NCBI GenBank assembly: GCA_965116925.1
Contig: OZ220744.1
Span: 3,104,001 to 3,168,000, forward strand
DNA length: 64,000 nucleotides
Source of the DNA: Candidatus Poribacteria bacterium
Lineage (GTDB): Bacteria; Poribacteria; WGA-4E; PCPOR2b
Reading direction: 5' to 3'
Below the pieces are notes generated by a model. That model made no database searches and had not been told where the DNA came from. It worked only from the letters and a program-made list of their open reading frames with translations. Every line of letters begins with the position of its first letter. The first letter of the stretch is position 1. Positions 29,791-39,404 of this stretch are shown piece by piece. A program made the translations under genes and the position numbers.

Positions 29791-31047
29791 TTATCTCAGA
29801 TCCAAACAGACCATCTCCTTCTGATTGCGAAGATAAAGTCTCCCACCAGCCAACGTTGGCACAGTCCAACATTTGTCATCGAACAGTTGAAAGCGAGCTT
29901 TTTCTCTGTATTCGCTGGGATTGGCTTCGACCAATGCCAGTTTTCCGCCATCGCCGAGGATAATTAAATAACCATCTGCAAGTAGCAAGGACCCTTTTCC
30001 GAAACCGCGTTGTCTCCACTGTTCTTCGCCGCTGTTTACCTCAATACAGGTTAAGATAGCGTTATCGAAACCGTACAGATAATCGCCTTGAAGCACCGAT
30101 GAGTTGAAATGGTTCTTCATCACGCGGCTTTTCCATACCTCCTCAATCCCTATCCCATTTTCATCGGCTATCATTTTGAGAAGCACGGCACCCTTATCAT
30201 AGGAAGCAGAGATAAAGATTTTATCGTCGGGTATGAAAATCGGCGTGGCAATATTGATGCCCTCAGGCCAAGGGTACTTCCAGTAAATCTGACCGCTTTT
30301 TGGTGCCAAGGACAGTAGTGTTTTAGACGTTAGGAATATGATTTGCCGTACCCCACCGAAGTCGATGGCAATAGGTGATGAATACCCCACCTCATCTGTG
30401 TGGGTTGTCCATACGACATCGCCGCTTGTTTTGTCGAACGCAACAATAGCTTGGTCATCTTTACCGCCAGCTTCAACCAGAACCAGATCGCCTTCAATTA
30501 GAGGCGATGAAGAAAATCCCCAAGTAGGTATCTTGCTGTCGAACTCCGCTACGAAATTATGTGCCCATAACTTTGTCCCATCACGGGCATCTAAGGCGTA
30601 AAGTTTACCCTCCGCTCCCAGCGCAAAGACCGAATCACCGTGAACAGTCGGCATAGAACGGGGACCATCACCGCGTTGCTCGGTGAATTTCGCGCCAGAT
30701 CGAAATCGCCAAACTTCCTCACCATTGGACGCATCTAGGCAAATCACAAACTCATCCTTGCCTTCAGCGAACATTGTGTAAACCTTGCCTTGAGCGATGG
30801 AGATACCGGAGTAGCCATCTCCAAACGGAATATGCCACAAGACTTTCGGCCCCGCTTCGGACCAACTTTTGAGAAATCCGGTCTCGGACGAGATGCCATC
30901 CCGATTCGGACCACGCCATTGAGCCCATTCCGCTATGCTATGATCATCCGCATCAGCACTCAACACGGCACCAATTAAACACCAAGTTCCAAAGAACACC
31001 GCGGCACATCTTCTAAGCAAGACATAAACGCTATTTTCCATTGTCAT
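29791..31047 (-). CDS. Secreted PQQ-like beta-propeller repeat protein
   Basis: Signal peptide, WAQWRGPNRDG, repeated LYALDA..G...W. Confidence 0.88.
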   Translation of the reverse strand: MTMENSVYVLLRRCAAVFFGTWCLIGAVLSADADDHSIAEWAQWRGPNRDGISSETGFLKSWSEAGPKVLWHIPFGDGYSGISIAQGKVYTMFAEGKDEFVICLDASNGEEVWRFRSGAKFTEQRGDGPRSMPTVHGDSVFALGAEGKLYALDARDGTKLWAHNFVAEFDSKIPTWGFSSSPLIEGDLVLVEAGGKDDQAIVAFDKTSGDVVWTTHTDEVGYSSPIAIDFGGVRQIIFLTSKTLLSLAPKSGQIYWKYPWPEGINIATPIFIPDDKIFISASYDKGAVLLKMIADENGIGIEEVWKSRVMKNHFNSSVLQGDYLYGFDNAILTCIEVNSGEEQWRQRGFGKGSLLLADGYLIILGDGGKLALVEANPSEYREKARFQLFDDKCWTVPTLAGGRLYLRNQKEMVCLDLR

Positions 31048-31190
31048 ATAAATCTCCTTGATATAATGAAGGTATTTCTTAGGCTCATGTTAAGAAACTG
31101 TACAACAAAAATCGTAGAGGCGAGGTCACCTCGCCCGTGCTTGCTAATGAACCAATCATTTTCACATTTCATGCATCACGTTTCACGTCC

Positions 31191-32471
31191 TTAGTGTTTC
31201 CCTGTCATATCTAAGCAGATCATTTCCGCTTCGTTTCGCACGTAAAGTTTACCGTTCGCAAGCGTCGGTACAGTCCAGCACAGTCCACTCAGCACCTTCG
31301 CACTCGCTTTCTCTATGTATCCTGCGGGTGTTGCTTCAGCTAGCCCCAGCTTGCCGCGGTCGCTGAGAATAATCAGGTGACCGTCAGCGAGTATCACCGT
31401 TCCCTTTCCAAATCCACGGGTCTTCCACTGTTCTTCGCCGGTCTCCGCCTCAATACACTTCAGAATAGAATTGTCGAAGCCGTACAGATAGTTTTCGTGA
31501 AGCACTGACGAGGCAAACTGGTTCTTCATTTTGCGATTTTTCCAAATCTCTTTAATCCTCACTCTACCTCGGTTTTCCCTGATCTGATCCATTGCAGCGC
31601 GGTCATCGTCAGGTGAAATGAAAACCCGCATCTGTAGCACAGCGGCACCCTTGTCATACCCGGAGGAGATAAAGACTTTATCCGGTGGAATAAAAACCGG
31701 TGTCGCGGCGTTGACATCGTAGCCAGTCTTCCAAGGGTACTGCCAGTAAATAGCCCCATCGACTGGAGAGACGGAAACCAACTTAGTCCCTGTAAAGCAG
31801 ATGATTTGTCGAACCCCGTTGACCGTAACCGCGATGGGCGATGAGTATCCAAGTTTGTCTTTATGAGAACTCCATAGCACATCACCACTGTTTTTATTAA
31901 AGGCAACGATCGATTTTTTACCTTTCCCACCAACTTCGACCAGAAGCAACTCTCCCTCAACTAACGGCGACGTGCTGAACCCCCATCTCGGCATTTTGCT
32001 CCCGAACTTTCGCTGGAGGTCATGTGACCAAACCGCTTGCCCACTCGCAGCGTTCAGAGCATATAGTTTGCCGTGGGCACTGATCGTAAAGAGGAGATCT
32101 CCGTCAATTGTCGGCGTGGCACGGGGCCCATTGCCGCCCTGACCCTCATGGTAATTCTTATCCGATCGGAAACGCCAGATTTCCGCTCCATCTGTGGCAT
32201 TGAGACAGACGACAAACTCGTCGTCCCCTTTGGAGAACATCGTATAAACACGTCCCTGAGAGACAGAGATCCCCGAAAATCCCTCTCCAAGTGGAATCTT
32301 CCAGAGCATTTTGGGACCATTCGGTGCCCACTCCTTCAGGAGTCCCACCTCATCGGAAACCCCATCGCGATTCGGACCCCGCCACTGAGGCCATTCCGTC
32401 GCGCTAGTCATTAAAATACCACTACAAAACAATACAGATACAACCAAAAACACTATGATTCTTTTCATCAT
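31191..32471 (-). CDS. Secreted PQQ-like beta-propeller repeat protein (tandem paralog)
   Basis: WPQWRGPNRDG; clear similarity to 29791-31047. Confidence 0.88.
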   Translation of the reverse strand: MMKRIIVFLVVSVLFCSGILMTSATEWPQWRGPNRDGVSDEVGLLKEWAPNGPKMLWKIPLGEGFSGISVSQGRVYTMFSKGDDEFVVCLNATDGAEIWRFRSDKNYHEGQGGNGPRATPTIDGDLLFTISAHGKLYALNAASGQAVWSHDLQRKFGSKMPRWGFSTSPLVEGELLLVEVGGKGKKSIVAFNKNSGDVLWSSHKDKLGYSSPIAVTVNGVRQIICFTGTKLVSVSPVDGAIYWQYPWKTGYDVNAATPVFIPPDKVFISSGYDKGAAVLQMRVFISPDDDRAAMDQIRENRGRVRIKEIWKNRKMKNQFASSVLHENYLYGFDNSILKCIEAETGEEQWKTRGFGKGTVILADGHLIILSDRGKLGLAEATPAGYIEKASAKVLSGLCWTVPTLANGKLYVRNEAEMICLDMTGKH

Positions 32472-32496
32472 AACCTCGCATTCTAAAAATTTTTGT

Positions 32497-34218
32497 TCAT
32501 TGATTTTCGTCCATTAACCGATGTTCCTGACAATAAGTGCGGATGATAGGCAAAAAGACATCGGCATATTTCTCAACTTTCGCGGTGCCAACACCGAGAA
32601 TTTGCATGAATGCTTCCACCGATTGGGGTAATTGAGCAGCCATCTCCTGTAACGTTCTGTCATGAAAAACAACATACGGTGGTACATGTTCAGCGTCCGC
32701 TAACTCTCTGCGCGTTGCGCGAAGCTGCTCAAAGAGCTCATCGTTATATCCGTTCGATTTTTCGGTCGTCGTATCACTCGGTTCTTCAGTGATAGGCTCT
32801 GCTGAATTTACCGGAAATCCGCAGAATTGCTCTTCGTTTCTGAGCACTGCCCAACCCCTCTGCGTCAAACGAAGACTCCCATGTTGCGGATCTCTATTAA
32901 GCAGCCCATGCTGGAGGAATTGTAGTGCTAGACGTTTCCACTGTTCTTTGCTGTACTCTGTACCGATGCCGTAGACGGAGAGTTTATCGGCTCTGTTTTC
33001 AATCACCTTTTGCGCCTTTGATCCGCGTAGGACATCAATAATATATGCTTCCCCAAAAATCTGTTTTGTCCTAACAACACATGATAGAAATTTTTGAGCC
33101 GGTATCGTCAAGTCAACTCGCTCCGTCTCCACGTTGCGACAGTTGTCACACATTCCACAATTCTGATTTTCGTATTCCTCTCCGAAATACGCCAATAACC
33201 CTTTGCGGCGGCATTCTATGGAAGTTGCCCAATCAACAAGCGTCTGCAATCGTTCCAACCGTCCCTCCTGTTCGGACGGTGCACCTTGATCGATAAAATG
33301 GTGGATGGTATCCACATCGCCATAGCTAAAAAGTAAGAGACACTCCGCCCTATTCCCATCTCGTCCTGCGCGTCCAATCTCCTGATAGTAAGATTCAGGC
33401 TCCTTTGGCAAGCCCGCATGTAACACGAAACGCACATCCTCTTTGTCAATTCCCATTCCGAACGCAATTGTTGCGACTACCACTTGGGGGACACCGTTGA
33501 TAAATGCTTCCTGATTCTGCCTACGGATCTCGCTATCCAAGTCTGCATGATAGGGAAGTGCCGAAATCCCATGTTCGATTAACTCACGAGACAGCGATTC
33601 AACCTGTCTCTTCGTCTGACAGTAGATAATGCCGGATTCATCACGATGGGCATTGAGAAACGCCAGCGTCTGATTGGACGAATCAATCTTCGGTTCAACG
33701 GCGATGAAGAGATTTTCTCTGTCAAAACTGGCAATGAATTCACTGCCCTCCCGAATCTTGAGCGATTGTTTGATATCCTCACGAACCCGCGGTGTCGCTG
33801 TAGCTGTCAATGCAACGCAGACAGCGTTTGCGAATCGCTCCCGAACGGAAACCAGTTGTCTATACTCCGGACGAAAGTCGTGCCCCCACTGTGAAATACA
33901 GTGGGCTTCATCAATCGCAAGGCATGACACATTCGATTCATCAAGCATCAGCAGAATTTCAGGTCGCATGAGCGTTTCGGGCGCAACGTAAAGCAGCTTG
34001 ACTTCACCCCGTTTGACACGTTGCATCGTAGCAACATATTCTGGATGACTGAGGGTGCTGTTGAGAAAAACAGCATGGATACCTCGCTGCTGCAACTGCA
34101 TCACCTGGTCCTGCATAAGTGAAATCAGCGGAGATACGACAACGGTTACTCCATCGAAGATAAGGGCGGGCAGCTGGTAGCAGAGCGACTTTCCACCCCC
34201 TGTCGGCAGTACAATCAA
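32497..34218 (-). CDS. recQ: RecQ helicase core + RQC + HRDC; its N-terminal Q motif lies in the upstream frame (frameshift near 34225)
   Basis: PTGGGKS, IDEAHCISQWGHDFRP, TATAT, QEIGRAGRDG, CRR...CGMCDNC, HRDC PPYVVFHDRTL. Confidence 0.9.
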   Translation of the reverse strand: MIVLPTGGGKSLCYQLPALIFDGVTVVVSPLISLMQDQVMQLQQRGIHAVFLNSTLSHPEYVATMQRVKRGEVKLLYVAPETLMRPEILLMLDESNVSCLAIDEAHCISQWGHDFRPEYRQLVSVRERFANAVCVALTATATPRVREDIKQSLKIREGSEFIASFDRENLFIAVEPKIDSSNQTLAFLNAHRDESGIIYCQTKRQVESLSRELIEHGISALPYHADLDSEIRRQNQEAFINGVPQVVVATIAFGMGIDKEDVRFVLHAGLPKEPESYYQEIGRAGRDGNRAECLLLFSYGDVDTIHHFIDQGAPSEQEGRLERLQTLVDWATSIECRRKGLLAYFGEEYENQNCGMCDNCRNVETERVDLTIPAQKFLSCVVRTKQIFGEAYIIDVLRGSKAQKVIENRADKLSVYGIGTEYSKEQWKRLALQFLQHGLLNRDPQHGSLRLTQRGWAVLRNEEQFCGFPVNSAEPITEEPSDTTTEKSNGYNDELFEQLRATRRELADAEHVPPYVVFHDRTLQEMAAQLPQSVEAFMQILGVGTAKVEKYADVFLPIIRTYCQEHRLMDENQ

Positions 34219-34985
34219 GGCATCGGCCGGTTGAGGATATGGTTGATGATTTGCTCCTGTAATGGTCGGAACTCCTCATGCCCAAAAACGTTTTTGAGAA
34301 TCTCCAAGGGCGTTTGAAGCAGCATTTGAGGTAGGGGAGATTCCATTTCAATGGAACGTTTAGGGGCTTCTGTGAGAAACCAGCCAGAAAGTTGCGCGTA
34401 GCAGCATTCTTCTGCATCCGGCGTATCTTCCGGTCGCCACCAATGTGCCAGCGAGACCCGTAGGAGCGTGCCCGCGGGAATGACTTCAAGCGGTTCTTGG
34501 AAACCGACAAAGGTGAACGTGCAACCACCATTTTCGTTAGGGTAGCGATACCGCACACGCTTCCCTGCCGTGTCACGGATAAGCGGCTGATCCGGTCGCC
34601 AGAACGTTGTACTGTAGGGAGGAACGCCGCTCTGCTTGGCGATATAGAGCGCGCCACTTCCTGTTGATTGCAACAAACCCTCATAAAGCACCGTTGGATC
34701 CCCGCTTTTCGCCGGCATCAAGAGCTCAATAGCACCTTCCAACTCTTTTGTGGTCAGAAGATGCTGCTTTTTGTAGACAACAATGTTTTCGTTATGCGGC
34801 GGAATTAGAGACGTTGCTGGCTTAGAGGAAATCTCCCAAACATCTCCGACCTCGTATTCTCGATTGGCACCGTCATGCGGATCCTCGTTAAACGGGATGA
34901 GCCGGACGCTTTCACCATCCTCTGTGATCGCGCCAATACACGCACCGCCACCCATTCGAGTTTTAGCGACAATCAAGACTTTCAT
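34215..34985 (-). CDS. Dual-OB-like domain protein carrying the RecQ N-terminus at its C-end
   Basis: IVAKTRM..GACIGA...VRL, HNEN, LRVSLAHWW...CYAQLSG; ends LKNVFGHEEFRPLQEQII. Confidence 0.65.
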   Translation of the reverse strand: MKVLIVAKTRMGGGACIGAITEDGESVRLIPFNEDPHDGANREYEVGDVWEISSKPATSLIPPHNENIVVYKKQHLLTTKELEGAIELLMPAKSGDPTVLYEGLLQSTGSGALYIAKQSGVPPYSTTFWRPDQPLIRDTAGKRVRYRYPNENGGCTFTFVGFQEPLEVIPAGTLLRVSLAHWWRPEDTPDAEECCYAQLSGWFLTEAPKRSIEMESPLPQMLLQTPLEILKNVFGHEEFRPLQEQIINHILNRPMP

Positions 34986-35470
34986 GGCAGAATATCCTCA
35001 ACTTCCAAATTGAGCACTTGCATCAATTTATCCGCTACCAGCGAGCGGTGACATGCTTCGGGAGCTTTTTCAACGCAAAAGAGAGCCACAACCTGTGCAC
35101 CCTCTTCAAGGTCATCCAGCAAGCTATGTGGATCAAATCCTGCGAGACATTCGGTGCGGTACGCCGTAATAAACTCTTCTCCCAATGCCGTGCGTTTGCG
35201 TTTGGCGGTTTTCGTCACTTTATCCGCCGCGGCTTGCCTGTCGCGGACCGCTTGCGTTGGCGCGAGGTCTTTACGATAGAGGTAGCGGATACCGAGTTCT
35301 GCAAGCCGTGCTTGCAAACGCAGACTGTTAACAAAAGCGTAAGTTGAACCACGTACACCCCGCCGGCTACGAATATCACAAAAGGTATCGACCTTTGCCT
35401 TGCATAAAGCGTCAAAGAAACTATTTTCGTCAAACCCATATACACCGATGGTGACAATTTTAGGTTTCAT
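34982..35470 (-). CDS. DUF488-family protein
   Basis: TIG, DIRSR, LFCVEKAPEACHRSLV. Confidence 0.85.
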   Translation of the reverse strand: MKPKIVTIGVYGFDENSFFDALCKAKVDTFCDIRSRRGVRGSTYAFVNSLRLQARLAELGIRYLYRKDLAPTQAVRDRQAAADKVTKTAKRKRTALGEEFITAYRTECLAGFDPHSLLDDLEEGAQVVALFCVEKAPEACHRSLVADKLMQVLNLEVEDILP

Positions 35471-35476
35471 CGTGAA

Positions 35477-36034
35477 TTACCGATAGCCCTTGCGCGAGTG
35501 GAATGTGTGTTCACCAAACAGGAGCATTTGTCCTTTTGTCAGACGCTCAATAACGTTATCCTGTGTCTGCTGCTCGTCGTTTTCGTCAATGTGAATCACG
35601 GAGATAGCCTCCGCATCAAGCGATGCTCCGATGAGTTTGCTCCGATGGCACTGCTCCGGCTTTCCCTCGCTGCACATGAGCGCAACACATTGTTGTTGAG
35701 CAAAGGCGGTTTGGAGACGTACAATCCCGCTCTGGTAGCTTTCGGTATCCTTCACCTTTTCGTAGTCTACCTGACCTTTTTCATCATAACAAGTTTCGTC
35801 GTCGGGGTGCCCGCCCAGCGTATCGCCCATGAACACATACCGAATCTGGTGCCGCTGCAGTTCCCCCTCTAGTGCCTCTTTGGAGAAGTCAGGTTTATAC
35901 CGAGAATAGGGGGTTGAGCGCACATCAATAAGGTAGGCGATTTTATGGTGTTGTAGCACTTCGATGAATTGCTCAATCGAACGACTACCGTAACCGATAG
36001 TGTAAATGGGGATAGAATCTTGTAATTTTTCCAT
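35477..36034 (-). CDS. DUF488-family protein
   Basis: IYTIGYGSR, DVRSTPYSR, LGG, LMCSEGKPEQCHR. Confidence 0.88.
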   Translation of the reverse strand: MEKLQDSIPIYTIGYGSRSIEQFIEVLQHHKIAYLIDVRSTPYSRYKPDFSKEALEGELQRHQIRYVFMGDTLGGHPDDETCYDEKGQVDYEKVKDTESYQSGIVRLQTAFAQQQCVALMCSEGKPEQCHRSKLIGASLDAEAISVIHIDENDEQQTQDNVIERLTKGQMLLFGEHTFHSRKGYR

Positions 36035-36293
36035 GACGAGTCGATATTATGGCACAGCCTCCAAAGAAAGACAACAGAATCCTACAAGCGATAGAAAATT
36101 CTTGCCTTCTGTTACGGGATTTGTTACTCTAATCTAAGTTACTAGAGCGTATTGACGTTTCGCTGTTACCAACTCGGTTTTTGGTAGATTTCTCAAAGGA
36201 GTAGCCCCGTTCTATTGTACCGTCGTATGCCTCATGGTTACGGCATACAGCGTATACCTACCACTCTGTGACAACTTACACTAGAGGGTAACT

Positions 36294-37298
36294 ATGGAAT
36301 CTCCCCAAATCACACAAGATCAGATCCAACAACGCTGCACAAAGCAGAGTTTCACGCGCGGCTTAGAATACTTTCACGACGACGCAATTGGTGATCCGAC
36401 CCTCCATGGCTACACCCTATCAGCAACATGCGAGGGCACAGACATAGACCCGTATCACGTGACTGTAGAATTAATGTCAACAGGGATTTCTTCCGCCTAC
36501 TGTTCGTGTCCATACGATTGGGAGGGGGATTGTAAACACATTGTTGCACTCCTATTGACCTACGTTGACACGCCGGACACCATTCTTTCCCTTGAACCCC
36601 TGTTTGCCACACTTGAGGCACAACCTAAGTCAAGCCTGTTACAGATTATTTCTGAGATGCTCAAATACGCACCGGAACTGGTGCCCATTGTACAGGCATA
36701 CTCAGACACTCCCGGCACCCTACGGGAATCCGGATCGCCTCCGCTCGTCGCGGTCTACCAGGAACAGATTAATAGTATCTTTAGGGACAATTTTATCGAA
36801 CAGCATCAATTTGATCGCGGATTCACTCAACTTGAAGTGCTGCAACAGAAGGCGGAGTTACTTGGACAGCAGGGCAAAGCGGAGCAAGCACTGTCAATCC
36901 TTCACGCGCTAATACACCAATCTGTCGTGCACTACTCCGACACCTCCCAGAAAAATGGATTGCTCGAATTCGTCGAGGAATGCTTAATCTCGTTCGCAGA
37001 AATCGCTGTAGATGCGCCCGAGTCGATTACCATCCTTGAACACTGCCGAATGATGTTGCGATTGAGTTTTGATGCAGAACAGGTCTTCACGCCACTGCTG
37101 ACATCTTCTCTGGAAGAGCTCTGTTGGAGACAAGAGGTAGCAGACCTACCAGCAGCGATTGAACAGGATCTTATTGAACAAGGTCTTGATAAGAGCCCAG
37201 ACCGACAAGCGCATGTTCAGCTCCTGCTCACGTTGTATTTTCAAACAGATCGGATTGAAGATTACCACCGACTCGCCCAATCCGAAGAGGCGGGATAG
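36294..37298 (+). CDS. SWIM zinc-finger protein with helical C-terminus
   Basis: SFTRGLEY, CSCP...CKHIVALLL. Confidence 0.85.
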   Translation: MESPQITQDQIQQRCTKQSFTRGLEYFHDDAIGDPTLHGYTLSATCEGTDIDPYHVTVELMSTGISSAYCSCPYDWEGDCKHIVALLLTYVDTPDTILSLEPLFATLEAQPKSSLLQIISEMLKYAPELVPIVQAYSDTPGTLRESGSPPLVAVYQEQINSIFRDNFIEQHQFDRGFTQLEVLQQKAELLGQQGKAEQALSILHALIHQSVVHYSDTSQKNGLLEFVEECLISFAEIAVDAPESITILEHCRMMLRLSFDAEQVFTPLLTSSLEELCWRQEVADLPAAIEQDLIEQGLDKSPDRQAHVQLLLTLYFQTDRIEDYHRLAQSEEAG

Positions 37299-37375
37299 CA
37301 GCTGATATACGCTTTTTGCATTCCGGCTAACGGAGTTGATATGGAGGGCACTTCAAACATATAAAGGAGGAAATT

Positions 37376-38050
37376 ATGAAAGACAGTTTGCAGAATATCG
37401 TTGACATTCTCGCTGAACCGAGTGCCGCGTTTACACACCTCAAATCGGAGCCGAAGTGGGGATTGGCAATCGTCATCTTGTGTCTGTTTGCTGTTGGGAT
37501 TGCGTGGGCAATGTTTCCTTTTACCGCCCAGATAATGGTCCAAACAATGATGGAAACAGGAGTGTCCGCTGAACAAATTGAAATCTCCACAAAAATTGGT
37601 CAAATATTTGGTCTTATTGGTTCACTTGTTGCACCGATTATTTGGCTCCTCGCTATAAGTGCGATACTGACCCTAGCAGGGCGGCTTCTCGCAATAGATG
37701 ATGCGATAAGATTTAAACACATCTTCGCAGCTGTCGTGCATACCTCATTGATCAGCTTCCTAATAGCCCTAGCCAATACAGCATTGCTAGCTGTCCTTAG
37801 AGATGTTGAAGAAATCAAAAACGCAGCCGATCTGAAAATGATTCCAGGGTTACATCTACTACTGGGCGCAAGCCAAAACGTCAAGTTGCTAACGTTTCTG
37901 AGTTACTTTAATCCCTTGAGTTTATGGTATCTCGCCGTACTAGCGATAGGCGTCCGCGTTTTCGCCGATACGGATAAAACTAAAGCATGTTTTTGGGCAA
38001 TTATTATCTGGCTCCTCGGTATTGTCCCAGAGGCTATATTTGTGTCTTAA
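37376..38050 (+). CDS. Yip1-domain membrane protein
   Basis: ILAEPSAAF..LK..P.W, five TM segments, NPLSLW; AAAGGAGG RBS. Confidence 0.8.
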   Translation: MKDSLQNIVDILAEPSAAFTHLKSEPKWGLAIVILCLFAVGIAWAMFPFTAQIMVQTMMETGVSAEQIEISTKIGQIFGLIGSLVAPIIWLLAISAILTLAGRLLAIDDAIRFKHIFAAVVHTSLISFLIALANTALLAVLRDVEEIKNAADLKMIPGLHLLLGASQNVKLLTFLSYFNPLSLWYLAVLAIGVRVFADTDKTKACFWAIIIWLLGIVPEAIFVS

Positions 38051-38057
38051 CCCGTCC

Positions 38058-39404
38058 TTACGTATATCGCGCATTCTGATATTTAGGAGCATAAAACTCC
38101 GGCAACAACCCGTCAACCCGGAGCAAGCCCTTTCGTGTCAACGTCACAGCATCTTCGTCGAAGGTCAGCAGTCCTTCATTTTGCAGTCTTTGGTAAATTG
38201 AACCAAACACCTCCAAAATATCGGCATCAAATCTCTCACGGAAATGGGCTGTCTCTATTTTTCCTAACTTCAGTTGCAGAATCATCTCTCGCGTCAGACG
38301 TTCCTCCGACGTGGTGGGAAACGCCCGATCCAACGGCAACTGATTCTTATGGAGCGAATCAATATATTCATCCCAACTCGCCGCATTTTGGAAATGGACA
38401 CCACTCATGTGAGAGAAAGAGGCAACACCTGTGCCCAGCATATCGCTACCGCGCCAGACAGCATCCCGATAAACGAACTTCCCCGACTTATCCTGTTTCA
38501 CCATTGTATACGCGCTTGACATCTTATAATCAGCGGCTGCCATCTGCTCAAACGCATAGTGATGCCATTCCCGTTTCGTTTTCCAATCCGCTACGAACAG
38601 ATCTTTGCCGCCAAAAATGTCCTTTGAGTAAACGGTATTAAACGGCAACTCCATCTGATAAACGGTAATGCTGTCAGGGTTCAGATCGATGGTTTTTTGA
38701 ACGGTATCCCGCCAACTGTCCCACGTTTCTCCCACCATTCCCGCAATCAGATCTATGTTCACCTGATCAAAATCAAGATCATCAATCCACGGTGCCACCC
38801 GATACACCTCTTTGGAAAGGTGTGCCCGCCCATTCTCCGCCAAGATGTCATCATTAAGATTTTCAACGCCGAGGCTCAACCGCGTAACACCAATCTCTTT
38901 AATCGCCTCTAGTTTCCCTTGCGTCAACGTCCCCGGCTCACATTCAAAAGCTACCTCCTCAGCACTATCCCAAGGCAGTGTCGCTTTTACCCGTCTAACA
39001 AGTGCTTTTAAGTGGTTGCTGCTGATGTAAGAAGGTGTACCGCCGCCGAAATAAACAAAATGCAGCGGTCGATCCGCTACGGATGGAAGTTCGCTGTAAA
39101 GTTCAACCTCCCTGCCCAACGCATCAAGATAGGTCTGAATATCGGAACTGTTTTTATCTGTGTAAACCCGGAAGTAACAGAACTTACACCGTTTGCGACA
39201 GAACGGGATATGCAAATACAGTCCTAAAGTGGCTTCCGGCCTTGGTGGGGAATTCAGGGCGTTTGTCGCGTCCGGGACATATTCTTTTCCCCAGAATGAA
39301 TACGGCGGATAGTTTGAAACAAAAACGCTGCCGACCTCTGTGTCCTTTGCGTCAGTCCGCGTTGTCGCCGGTTCAGGCGTCGCTGTTTTTAATTGTTCAC
39401 TCAC
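38058..39404 (-). CDS. HemN-like (coproporphyrinogen III oxidase family) radical SAM enzyme
   Basis: NYPP, YLHIPFCRKRCKFC, YFGGGTPS, RLSLGV, NIDLIAG, HemN-like C-terminus. Confidence 0.9.
   Translation of the reverse strand: MSEQLKTATPEPATTRTDAKDTEVGSVFVSNYPPYSFWGKEYVPDATNALNSPPRPEATLGLYLHIPFCRKRCKFCYFRVYTDKNSSDIQTYLDALGREVELYSELPSVADRPLHFVYFGGGTPSYISSNHLKALVRRVKATLPWDSAEEVAFECEPGTLTQGKLEAIKEIGVTRLSLGVENLNDDILAENGRAHLSKEVYRVAPWIDDLDFDQVNIDLIAGMVGETWDSWRDTVQKTIDLNPDSITVYQMELPFNTVYSKDIFGGKDLFVADWKTKREWHHYAFEQMAAADYKMSSAYTMVKQDKSGKFVYRDAVWRGSDMLGTGVASFSHMSGVHFQNAASWDEYIDSLHKNQLPLDRAFPTTSEERLTREMILQLKLGKIETAHFRERFDADILEVFGSIYQRLQNEGLLTFDEDAVTLTRKGLLRVDGLLPEFYAPKYQNARYT

Noticed and set aside
34004..34684. 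226-aa alternate-frame ORF and the many antisense ORFs in the track
   Set aside because: They overlap well-supported genes and carry no recognisable motifs
37296..37370. Stop-codon readthrough or recoding at the end of the SWIM gene
   Set aside because: Only a short open stretch follows the TAG and no recoding signal is visible; it cannot be supported without ortholog alignment
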